Positions 49,457-57,910 of a DNA stretch of 64,000 nt are shown in pieces. Each line of letters opens with the position of its first letter. Within the stretch, counting starts at the first letter, position 1. A model generated the notes under the pieces. It was not told where the DNA came from, searched no databases, and was given only the letters and a program-made list of their open reading frames with translations. The translations under genes were made by a program, and so were the position numbers. Origin of the DNA: Candidatus Hadarchaeota archaeon (GTDB lineage: Archaea > CAYQAE01 > CAYVLA01); contig CAZUNO010000003.1 in the NCBI GenBank assembly GCA_964621445.1, positions 96,001 through 160,000 of the forward strand, in the 5' to 3' direction.

Positions 49457-50127
49457 GATGTGATGGTAGAGGATTCGCTATAAATATGAGTTCCATACGT
49501 TCGGCCGTTAACCAAAAGCTGATGAATTCGTTTTGGGTGGTGACCATTTACAATCCATGCCTCAAGTCCATGTTTCCTAAGAATAATCGGGAGATATTCG
49601 TCTACCAGGGATTGACGGTGACCGGAGAGGTCCTTTGCTGTGAGGGATTTGATGATCTCTTTGGATTTTTGATTCGTCAGCCCATCAACAGATTTTAATA
49701 GAAGCAATTTGGAGTTTAGGGTATTGGCTAAATAAGCGGAGATTGTATCGGAGGTCACTTCCCAGCTTTGGGGAAGATCTGATTCCTTGATAGGCGAGTA
49801 GGGAAGAAAAATGGGGATCGGTTTGCCGGGTTCCGGCTTTGGCTGCGTCGATAGGCTAAAGTAATTCGGCCAGCTAGATTCAATACAATAAGCGTTGAGG
49901 TGCATGGCAAGGATTGCCAGCCAGTGAGAACCTCTATTCCCAATACTGTAGTTATGCCCCAGTTTTCTGATTAGATCTGCATAGGAGCCCCCACCCGCTA
50001 CAGCCGCAATATCTTTTATCTTATGGACATTCCAAAGCTCGCCGACTATTTCTTCCAGTATCTCACTTGCGTCATTTATGAGACTTCCACCGATCTTCAC
50101 GACCCACATTACTTGGCCATCCTCCAT
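49453..50127 (-). CDS. mfnE: Amino-acid-kinase-family protein, [5-(aminomethyl)furan-3-yl]methyl phosphate kinase
   Basis: VVKIGGSL, GGG.YADLIR, HWLAILAM, LPQSWEVTSDTI and KSVDG; lies between mfnF and mfnB. Confidence 0.85.
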   Translation of the reverse strand: MEDGQVMWVVKIGGSLINDASEILEEIVGELWNVHKIKDIAAVAGGGSYADLIRKLGHNYSIGNRGSHWLAILAMHLNAYCIESSWPNYFSLSTQPKPEPGKPIPIFLPYSPIKESDLPQSWEVTSDTISAYLANTLNSKLLLLKSVDGLTNQKSKEIIKSLTAKDLSGHRQSLVDEYLPIILRKHGLEAWIVNGHHPKRIHQLLVNGRTYGTHIYSESSTITS

Positions 50128-51170
50128 GCCTCAATCGAAAGTGAAACCGCTGGAGCTGTAGTGCAAACCTCCTTTTCCAGGCCGGCAACATCCATGTTGA
50201 GTTCCTGGTTCACGAAATTTTGGAAGGGGATAGGTGTTTTTAATCCGGTCTTTAGGGCGGCTGGTTTGGCAAGACATTCAGAGCCGCTTCCCGCGATAAT
50301 ACAGGGAATCTCTGTCCCGAGTTTGGCTCTGTTGAGAACAAAGCCGATGGACTTCTCCACCCTTTCAATCTGTCTATTGCGAACCGAGACGGCGATTTCT
50401 CGGATCTGGTTCCCATTAAGCTCTTGAAGGTCCGAGCACACGACTCTGGCCAGTCTTCTCATGCAGGCGGTAAGGTTTGTTCCCTTGCCATCAGCTGTAG
50501 GTCCGCCGTAATCACCTGGACCTAACAGACCGAGAATTATGTTGACATCGCCCATAGTTGCAAATTCCTCTGAAGCGCAGGGGATTTCACTACCACCCAA
50601 ATTCACCGAGTCCACTACTGTGGCTACGTTGGTCCTAGTCGAACCGGTGTATACCAGTTCCCGATTCTTGAGTCTACCTCTGTCCGTTGGGTCATTGACA
50701 GCTGGACGTCCAGATAGGATGGGGATTATATCGGTGGTGGTTGATCCCGAATCTATTAGCAAGGACTGGGAGTGAGCTCTCCCTATCAGCAAGGATGTTG
50801 GGACCCAATTTGCTGCGGCGACTTCCAATGGGCGGGATATTGCTGTTTTGCCCTTAACCACCGATCCCGAGTTTAGGATGATTCTGGTTTCTGGCTCCTG
50901 TTCTAGGAGACTAGAAAGAACGAATTCTACTCCCTGCTTTTTTGATTGGAAGCAATCCGCGAGCTCCGCCGTCATGGTGGCCAAGGTTAGATGTGGGACA
51001 GCCTGGTAGGGCTCCAATAGCTTCTGAACTAATTTGGGGAAAGAGCGGTAGTTCTTCCAAAATGGATGGTAGATTGATTTTAGGTCACGGATTTCGAGCC
51101 CCTCTCCCCCATTTGAGGTTACTGCAATTTTGGTGTTTGCACCGCCAATATCTAACCCGATTGCTAGCAT
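50109..51170 (-). CDS. mfnF: Hydantoinase-A-family H4MPT-linked C1 protein (methanofuran APMF-Glu synthase)
   Basis: GLDIGGANTK, TMTAELADCF, VAAANW, DSGSTTTDIIP, ELVYTG.RT and E.FAT.GD. Confidence 0.88.
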   Translation of the reverse strand: MLAIGLDIGGANTKIAVTSNGGEGLEIRDLKSIYHPFWKNYRSFPKLVQKLLEPYQAVPHLTLATMTAELADCFQSKKQGVEFVLSSLLEQEPETRIILNSGSVVKGKTAISRPLEVAAANWVPTSLLIGRAHSQSLLIDSGSTTTDIIPILSGRPAVNDPTDRGRLKNRELVYTGSTRTNVATVVDSVNLGGSEIPCASEEFATMGDVNIILGLLGPGDYGGPTADGKGTNLTACMRRLARVVCSDLQELNGNQIREIAVSVRNRQIERVEKSIGFVLNRAKLGTEIPCIIAGSGSECLAKPAALKTGLKTPIPFQNFVNQELNMDVAGLEKEVCTTAPAVSLSIEAWRMAK

Positions 51171-52348
51171 TTGATGTGCCTCTCTGATAGCCATTTCTTT
51201 ACACGGGCAAATCGTTGAGGTATCTCCATGGAGTCCTTGGCCCAAACACAGGTCAATACCTTGCTTTTTCCCTTCATATAGTAGGGACCCACAGGAAATG
51301 GTGGGGAAACTATCATCTTACTTTGAAACATCTTCTGGTGGATTGATTGGTCAAATGGGACGGTCCGGATTAAGGGTAGTATGGACCATTTTGAAAAGCC
51401 CTCAGTATCAACAGCGGTTTTCTCCCCGGTGATGATCGATGCCAATCCTTTCTGGATTATCTTTTCTATACCTATACATGATGTGGTCATCCTGGGATTT
51501 ATCTCCATAAAATGAGCCTTGCCCTGACTATATACAAAGTCTAGGGTCATCAGGCCCTTAAGCTTGCTCTTTGTTACCATGGAGGAGATATCATCCCAAA
51601 GCCCACGAACGGGAAGGGGGAATGGGCTGGAACCACCCAGGTATTCAAGCTCTTGAGAAGCCTGGATGGCTTGGGTGTTAATTGCAAGAGGAATTACCTC
51701 GCTTTCCATGGCCATGAAGGTCGCACTGAGGTGGCGTCCCTGCTTGAATTCCTGAATAATGGCAGAATTCCACCCGGAGCTCCTTAATTTTGCAGCTGCG
51801 CGTCTGCAATCGCTATTGCTTCTAACTATGGTTGTGCCCTCGCATCCAGCCCCGTCAGGGGGTTTTATAACCAGGGGTAAACCCATTTTGGGGATTGCCC
51901 TGGATATTTCCTTGGTAGTAGATTCAGTGGTTAAGGTTCTGGGCACGGACAGGAAATTGCATTGCTGGTCGACTAATTCAAATGAAGAGGGCTTATTCGC
52001 CAACCGGGAAACCGTTCCCGAGGGGCAGCTCAACAATTCCGTTTCCTGCTCAATGGCACGAGTGAGCTCGAGGAGTTTTCCGCCTGATTCTGGAGCAATT
52101 ATGAAAGCGGCGTCGAAGCTAGATGAAGTCTCTGGGAGCTCTTCCATTGGGTTTTCCCGGGGAAATACCAGATCATAGATCGGTAAAAAACCGGCCTCTC
52201 TCTTTAAACTCTTATTAACTGCGGCGGTAACCTCGTGACCATCCTTTTTGAAGGATTCACATAACGTCCGGAGCATGCCGAACCCCTGTGGCAGAATGCT
52301 TCTCGGCCCGCCCTTGAGTGATGTCCATTCCGACAGGAGGAGCTTCAT
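51164..52348 (-). CDS. mfnD: Tyramine--L-glutamate ligase (ATP-grasp)
   Basis: G.GML..L, IIAPESGG.L, KP.DGAGCEG and EINPR.TTS; first gene of the mfn operon. Confidence 0.82.
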   Translation of the reverse strand: MKLLLSEWTSLKGGPRSILPQGFGMLRTLCESFKKDGHEVTAAVNKSLKREAGFLPIYDLVFPRENPMEELPETSSSFDAAFIIAPESGGKLLELTRAIEQETELLSCPSGTVSRLANKPSSFELVDQQCNFLSVPRTLTTESTTKEISRAIPKMGLPLVIKPPDGAGCEGTTIVRSNSDCRRAAAKLRSSGWNSAIIQEFKQGRHLSATFMAMESEVIPLAINTQAIQASQELEYLGGSSPFPLPVRGLWDDISSMVTKSKLKGLMTLDFVYSQGKAHFMEINPRMTTSCIGIEKIIQKGLASIITGEKTAVDTEGFSKWSILPLIRTVPFDQSIHQKMFQSKMIVSPPFPVGPYYMKGKSKVLTCVWAKDSMEIPQRFARVKKWLSERHIKC

Positions 52349-52397
52349 GGCTACGCATTTAATAGCGGACTTCTTTTAAATCTGGTGAGCTGGGACC

Positions 52398-53111
52398 TTG
52401 AGAATCATTCCCGTTCTGGATATTCTTGATGGAAAAGTTGTAAGGGGTGTTGCTGGTAATCGGAAGAGGTACAAGCCGGTCACCAGTTCCATAACCGATT
52501 CAGTTCATCCGGTGCAGGTTGCCCGGGATCTCCTTGACATTCACACCTTCCGGGAAATCTACATAGCCGACCTCGACGCTATCGAGGGCAGGCCCGACAA
52601 CAGGGAGCTTGTGAAAGAAGTATCTGAATTGGGCTGCCAGGTTTACCTCGACTCCGGAATTACGGGTCCGGGGGACATTGACCCGGATTACGAAATCAAC
52701 CACCTGGTAGCTGGAACCGAGACCCTGGATTCATTGGAGGTCTTGGCAGAGATCTGTCAGATGCACCCGTCTGTAGTTTCCAGCTTGGATTACAAGGGAG
52801 ATGACCTGCTTTGCCGAGAGGAAAGCCTGAAACATATGAAACCCCGAGAGCTCGTCGCCAGCGTATGCGCTGCAGGCGTTTCGGAGATCATCTACCTGGA
52901 CCTGGCTCGGGTTGGAACCGGTTCCGGTGTAGTATGCGAGAGAGTTGAGATGGTCATAGAAGCGTCCGAGGTACCGGTGATCGTGGGAGGCGGGATTAGG
53001 AATGCATCCGATATTCGATCCCTTGATGAGGCTGGGGCGGATGGTGTTTTGGTTGCGAGCTGCGTTCACTCAGGTGAGTTGGATGAAGGGGACCTAGAGG
53101 GTTTGACCTGA
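52398..53111 (+). CDS. HisA/HisF-related TIM-barrel protein (H4MPT-cluster associated)
   Basis: IIPVLDI.DG.VVRGVAG.R..Y.P, YIADLDAI, GTETL, LDLARVGTG.G and GGGIR. Confidence 0.85.
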   Translation: MRIIPVLDILDGKVVRGVAGNRKRYKPVTSSITDSVHPVQVARDLLDIHTFREIYIADLDAIEGRPDNRELVKEVSELGCQVYLDSGITGPGDIDPDYEINHLVAGTETLDSLEVLAEICQMHPSVVSSLDYKGDDLLCREESLKHMKPRELVASVCAAGVSEIIYLDLARVGTGSGVVCERVEMVIEASEVPVIVGGGIRNASDIRSLDEAGADGVLVASCVHSGELDEGDLEGLT

Positions 53112-54088
53112 TGATATCTAAGGCTCTTTATGAACTCATTAGGGGCCTCTCTGCTGGACCCTACCAGGATTCTGTGGTATGAGCGGTTTCCGGAGACCCT
53201 TTCCAATATACCTTTACATTGAACCATTTCGCCACTGCGTGCCTGCCCAACGTAGGTATGGGTATAGGACACGATTTCCGATATCTCAAATCCCGAATAT
53301 TCACATTTCTCAACCTTGTATATCGCCGGGTAATCATAGGCCCTATTAGCATCTCTCACCATGCATTCAGCTCGGGCCTGTTCAATCCTCTGGTATCTTA
53401 AGTCTCCGAAGGATCCGGAGATCTCATGGGGCTTCCGGCAGGAGAGCAGGTCAAACCTTACATCGCCCAGCTTAGCCCGATTGAATTTTCTGGTCTCGTG
53501 CCAGACGAATTCCGCGAAGGAATAATCCCCATTTGCTTCAATACCTCTTTTGGAATAGATATCCTTCCAATCGGTTCTGCCCAGTGCTGCGATTCTGTCC
53601 TCGGTAATGGCTCTCTTTACCGAGTTAACTGTCTTGGAAAGGTTATCTAGCCCGTACACGACCAGGTCAACATCCGAGCTGGTATTCTGGGCGCCGATAA
53701 GGTAGGACCCGGTAATTCCCATGTCATCCAGCGACAGATTAGATTCGGAAATGATTATTGATACGATATCCGATACTATAGGAGCCGTCCCCCGTTCAAG
53801 CAAGTCCTTTAAGGCAGGACCGGGCATGTAATGCCTCTTGATCGAGGATCTTGGAACGATCGTAAGTTTTCGGTCAAATTCCGGCCGAAAATGGACGTAG
53901 TTAGGGGCATGTTTTTGTAGATACAGGCGTGATTCCTCGCTCGATTCAAACTTATGAATATCCCCACACTCTCTTCTGTAACGAAGCTGGGATACAACGC
54001 CGGAAATTGGATGGTTGAATAGGAGAACGGAGAAAATCAGACCATCCTTGGTTTCAATGAAGTCCCTTACCCGGTACATGCGATTCAC
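53066..54088 (-). CDS. Predicted nucleotidyltransferase (COG1665-like)
   Basis: RDFIET.DGLIFSV, GITGS.LIG..SDVDLVVYG and Y.GQA..GE. Confidence 0.8.
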   Translation of the reverse strand: MNRMYRVRDFIETKDGLIFSVLLFNHPISGVVSQLRYRRECGDIHKFESSEESRLYLQKHAPNYVHFRPEFDRKLTIVPRSSIKRHYMPGPALKDLLERGTAPIVSDIVSIIISESNLSLDDMGITGSYLIGAQNTSSDVDLVVYGLDNLSKTVNSVKRAITEDRIAALGRTDWKDIYSKRGIEANGDYSFAEFVWHETRKFNRAKLGDVRFDLLSCRKPHEISGSFGDLRYQRIEQARAECMVRDANRAYDYPAIYKVEKCEYSGFEISEIVSYTHTYVGQARSGEMVQCKGILERVSGNRSYHRILVGSSREAPNEFIKSLRYHQVKPSRSPSSNSPE

Positions 54089-54142
54089 AAATATATCGCC
54101 GATGAGTAATATCTTTAGTTGGCCTAGTATTAGGATCAGACA

Positions 54143-54823
54143 GTGATTGCTGGAATTGTGCCCTGCAAGGGACTGAAAAATGGGAAAACTAGGCTTGATC
54201 TTCCACCTGAACTTGGGAGAGAAAAGAGGGAGCTAATAATATCAATGTTTGATCGGGTTCTAAAAGCGATGGTGGAAAGCAGGCTGGAGACGGTCTATGT
54301 AGTGAGCCCTGACGAAGGCATCCTTGAGCATGGTTCCGCTTTGGGAGCGCGGACAATTCTTGAATACAATCCCTCGGGGGCCAATTCCGCTGTTGAGCTG
54401 GCTAATAAAAAAGCGATTAAAGACGGCTTTGAGGCAACGCTCGTTGCTTTTTCGGACATTCCTCTTATCTCGAAGCGGGACCTAAACGGAATACTGGACT
54501 TGATTATTGAGTCTAACAGATGCGTGGCCGCGCTCCGTTCAAGGAGGGGGGGAACGAACCTTCTATTGCGGAAACCTCCTTCGGCAATACCATCTCGATA
54601 CGGGAAAAACAGTTTTATCAAGCATCGCGATGAGACAATGCAGAATAGAATTCCCTTCTTTGAGTATGTGAGCAACCCGGCGTCCCTCGATGTAGATACG
54701 ATATCCGATTTGAGGCTCTTGTTTCGGGGTGAGAGGTCGGCAGGGAATGAGTTGGAAAAAGAAGAACAATTTCGAATCTCACAAAGGATCACGGAGGCAT
54801 TAGATTGGCGAAGTCGAGAATAG
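54143..54823 (+). CDS. cofC: 2-phospho-L-lactate/PEP guanylyltransferase (F420 biosynthesis)
   Basis: VP.K....KTRL, SDIPL, GGTN.L, YG..SF.KH and DVDT..DL. Confidence 0.88.
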   Translation: MIAGIVPCKGLKNGKTRLDLPPELGREKRELIISMFDRVLKAMVESRLETVYVVSPDEGILEHGSALGARTILEYNPSGANSAVELANKKAIKDGFEATLVAFSDIPLISKRDLNGILDLIIESNRCVAALRSRRGGTNLLLRKPPSAIPSRYGKNSFIKHRDETMQNRIPFFEYVSNPASLDVDTISDLRLLFRGERSAGNELEKEEQFRISQRITEALDWRSRE

Positions 54824-55005
54824 TTGTCGTGGAAGGTCTTAGTTATCTGGTTCCAAGAAAGAAGTACAAGGTGGCAAGGAAGGAATGTCCTCCAGCAGTC
54901 GATACCTGGGATTATATTATGGATCACATAGAGGATTATGGTAGACTGTTGGATGAGGAAGAGGAACTAGAGGAAGAAGAGGAAGAAGAGGAAGAAGAGG
55001 AATAA
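54805..55005 (+). CDS. Small hypothetical protein with poly-Glu tail
   Basis: TTG start after GGAGG; ends LDEEEELEEEEEEEEEEE. Confidence 0.55.
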   Translation: MAKSRIVVVEGLSYLVPRKKYKVARKECPPAVDTWDYIMDHIEDYGRLLDEEEELEEEEEEEEEEE

Positions 55006-55010
55006 CCTAT

Positions 55011-55484
55011 TCAATGAAAAATTTTCACAAAGGCCATCAGGGAAAATGTCAGTACTAGCAATAGTGATAAAACGAGGCTCATCTCTCCCATGCCCAGTAG
55101 GGGGGTTAGGCATATTCCAGCAACCATGAGAGGCACGAGGCTAAAAGCCAATTTACTCGCACTGTATCTCCCCAGCCATTGCGAGACGTGTTTGAATTCG
55201 TGTTGGATAACATATGGATCATCGACGGAGAGGATTCCCCAACCGACGAAAGAGTAGCCTGAGATCTCGATCGATTTCTGGCCAAGGAAATCCCTGTTTT
55301 TCTTTCTCTCGAGTTTATTTATCTCAATATCCCTGCTGCAAATGTAATTTCCCTGGCCTGTTCTGGGTTTCATTATCAGGGCAGTTGGTTTCCCATATAT
55401 AATCGATAGAAGGCAAGCAAGGCAGAGAAAGGGGAAATATACGGCATGGGCAATTGCCCAGGAAACGGTCCTGGGAAAGGTCAT
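55011..55484 (-). CDS. Small membrane protein with HExxH motif (putative zincin)
   Basis: IQHEFKHVSQW between hydrophobic helices. Confidence 0.5.
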   Translation of the reverse strand: MTFPRTVSWAIAHAVYFPFLCLACLLSIIYGKPTALIMKPRTGQGNYICSRDIEINKLERKKNRDFLGQKSIEISGYSFVGWGILSVDDPYVIQHEFKHVSQWLGRYSASKLAFSLVPLMVAGICLTPLLGMGEMSLVLSLLLVLTFSLMAFVKIFH

Positions 55485-55565
55485 AAGAAGCGGTTGGAAT
55501 GGAAGGTGTACTAATTTGGGAGTAAATTCAAGATTTTGCTTTGCCGCGGAGTTGGTTTTGCTCAG

Positions 55566-55862
55566 TTACTTCTCTTCCTCCAGCGGTGCACCTGCATAGC
55601 TTGCTGCGGACAGCCTTTCTCCCTTTCGAATGCCGAAAAGCTTCATCGTCCGTTCATCGATGCCAATGGAGTTGGCGGGGAGGTAATCATCCTCAACGGC
55701 CTTGACCAATAGGGTTCCTCTCTTACCGATAATCTCTATGGTACCGCCGGGCATGATCTGTAGCCTCTCCAGGTCCTCTCCTCTCATCTTCACCGTGTTG
55801 ATCCAATCCACCGGCTGGGCTTCGATGTTGATTACGCCTTTCTTTTCCTCCTCCTCAGACAT
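55566..55862 (-). CDS. Stand-alone CDC48/VAT N-terminal double-psi beta-barrel subdomain
   Basis: VKMRGEDLERLQIMPGGTIEIIGKRGT..IGIDERTMKLFGIRKGERL follows the duplicated psi-barrel pattern of CDC48 N-termini. Confidence 0.72.
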   Translation of the reverse strand: MSEEEEKKGVINIEAQPVDWINTVKMRGEDLERLQIMPGGTIEIIGKRGTLLVKAVEDDYLPANSIGIDERTMKLFGIRKGERLSAASYAGAPLEEEK

Positions 55863-55936
55863 TTCCATCTCCCGGTAAATGTGGGCGCTTCTCATATATA
55901 GATATGAGGGATTCCCTCCCCGGGTGAAGGAAAACG

Positions 55937-57124
55937 TTACTGCAATGCGGACTCGATGGTGGAGAGTGCCAGCTCCATTTGCTCCTGGCCTATAATCAGC
56001 GGGGGTACCATTCGAATTACGTTACCGGCCGTTCTATTGATCAATATCTTCTCGGAAAGACAATGTTCGAATACTCTCTTGGCTACCCCTTCCGAGCACA
56101 TTTCCATGCCCAGCATGAGCCCAAGGCCCCTTACCTCCTTGATCTTTTCCGGGTAATTCCCCTTGATCTGCTTCATGCGGTTCAGACACCAATTGCCGAG
56201 CTTACTAGCCCTTGTCGGTAGATCCTCCTCCACAAGGACCTCCAACGCAGCTTTGGCGGCGGCACAGGCCAGGGGGTTTCCACCGAAGGTTGACGCGTGG
56301 TCTCCTGGTTTGAACTTTGCCATGACCTCGTCCCTGGCAGCCATGGCCCCGATGGGGAACCCTCCTCCCAGCCCCTTGGCCATTGAGACTATATCGGGAG
56401 TCACTCCAATGGTTTGGCAGGCAAGGAAGCTCCCCGTTCTGCCCATTCCCGTCTGAACCTCGTCGAATGCCAGGTAGAGTCCTTGATCATCACATAGCTC
56501 CCGGACCCTTGAGAGATAATCCCTTTTAACGGTTCTAACTCCTCCCTCACCCTGGATGGGCTCCAGTATCACCCCACCCACGTCCGTGCCCACCGCGGAT
56601 TCAAGGCTCTGGAAGTCTCCGTAGGGAACGAATTTTACGCCGGGAACCAAGGGGCGAAAGGGTTTTCGGTACTTTTCCTGCCCAGTTACGGAGAGAGCGC
56701 CAAAAGTTCTTCCGTGAAAGGATCTATCTGCAGCGATTATTCCACTCTTTCCCGAAGCCCTTCGAATGAGCTTCAGGGCCGATTCCACGGCCTCCGCTCC
56801 GCTGTTACAAAGGAAGACCTTGCCGATAGGGCCCGGCAAGATATCGACTAGCGTTCGGCAGAGACGGGCCTGGGGCTCGATATAGTAGAGGTTCGAACAA
56901 TGCATCAGCTTACCTGCTTGCTCCCTTATCGCCTCTACAACGCGAGGATGACAGTGCCCGACATTATTCACGGCGATGCCGGCGAGACAATCGAGATATT
57001 CATTTCCCTCGGAATCCCAGACCTTTACACCTTCGCCCTTGACTAGGCATATGTCAAGTCGGCCGTAAAGGCCTGCGTGATACTCCGAATCTAGGTGGAA
57101 GATCTCGGAGGTTAAGGAATTCAT
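55937..57124 (-). CDS. argD: Acetylornithine aminotransferase family (class III PLP)
   Basis: YLDCLAGIAV, CNSGAEA, FHGRT, EPIQGEGG, DEVQTG.GRTG, AKGLGGG and STFGGNPLA. Confidence 0.9.
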   Translation of the reverse strand: MNSLTSEIFHLDSEYHAGLYGRLDICLVKGEGVKVWDSEGNEYLDCLAGIAVNNVGHCHPRVVEAIREQAGKLMHCSNLYYIEPQARLCRTLVDILPGPIGKVFLCNSGAEAVESALKLIRRASGKSGIIAADRSFHGRTFGALSVTGQEKYRKPFRPLVPGVKFVPYGDFQSLESAVGTDVGGVILEPIQGEGGVRTVKRDYLSRVRELCDDQGLYLAFDEVQTGMGRTGSFLACQTIGVTPDIVSMAKGLGGGFPIGAMAARDEVMAKFKPGDHASTFGGNPLACAAAKAALEVLVEEDLPTRASKLGNWCLNRMKQIKGNYPEKIKEVRGLGLMLGMEMCSEGVAKRVFEHCLSEKILINRTAGNVIRMVPPLIIGQEQMELALSTIESALQ

Positions 57125-57155
57125 GGCTTGGAGTTGTAGCGAGTTCTCAAAAAGG

Positions 57156-57734
57156 TTACCGGGCTATCTTTATCAAAGAAATGGCCATGTCCTCATCGCA
57201 GTTCAGCTTCCGGATGAGCTGGAGGTCCTTTCCGCACGCACTGGAAAGATCCATTCCGGTTGATCGGGGGTAGGTAATTACGGCCTGCCCCCCGGGCTTC
57301 AGAACCCTTGCAACCTCCTTCAGTCCTAGGTCGGGACGAGGCAGGTTTTGGATAACCGTTGCCCCTATCACCACGTCGAAGTAACCCGACCGGAAGGGTA
57401 TTTTTTCACAGTCGCCAATTACCACCTCGCATTCCGGATGACGTTTCTTCAAAAGGGAGACCATGCCTGTCGAGAAGTCCAATCCGAGGTATGATAGAGT
57501 CTCAGTTTTCAGGGAATCTATAAGCAGTCCGGTCCCACAGCCCCAATCGAGAAGAACATCACCCGGGGATAGGGAGAGCATGCTCAGGATGATCGGGTAC
57601 TTGACCTTCTGTATTTCGGTATAACGTCTCTGGTAGTGGGATGGCGTGGCATCGTATCTTCGCCTTGTGTTGTTTTTGCGGGTATTTTTCCTGCGGTTCA
57701 TTTCCACCATTTTCTCTTCTGGGATGGAGAGCAA
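57156..57734 (-). CDS. Class I SAM-dependent methyltransferase
   Basis: LLDWGCGTG, GLDFS.GM, PF and RVLKPGG; start uncertain. Confidence 0.85.
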   Translation of the reverse strand: MLSIPEEKMVEMNRRKNTRKNNTRRRYDATPSHYQRRYTEIQKVKYPIILSMLSLSPGDVLLDWGCGTGLLIDSLKTETLSYLGLDFSTGMVSLLKKRHPECEVVIGDCEKIPFRSGYFDVVIGATVIQNLPRPDLGLKEVARVLKPGGQAVITYPRSTGMDLSSACGKDLQLIRKLNCDEDMAISLIKIAR

Positions 57735-57910
57735 ACCCGGGAATCAGGGCTAGCGTCTCTAGAAAAAGAAGCAATTAATTTCTTTCCTTATTTTTAGAAA
57801 ATTATCTCAGATATTCATTAATAATAGAAATACAAATGGCCTTTTCTTCCGTTTCTCGCGTTTTTGTAAACATTTATAAGGGAAATTGCGGGGTTTCGGC
57901 CTGATCGAGC

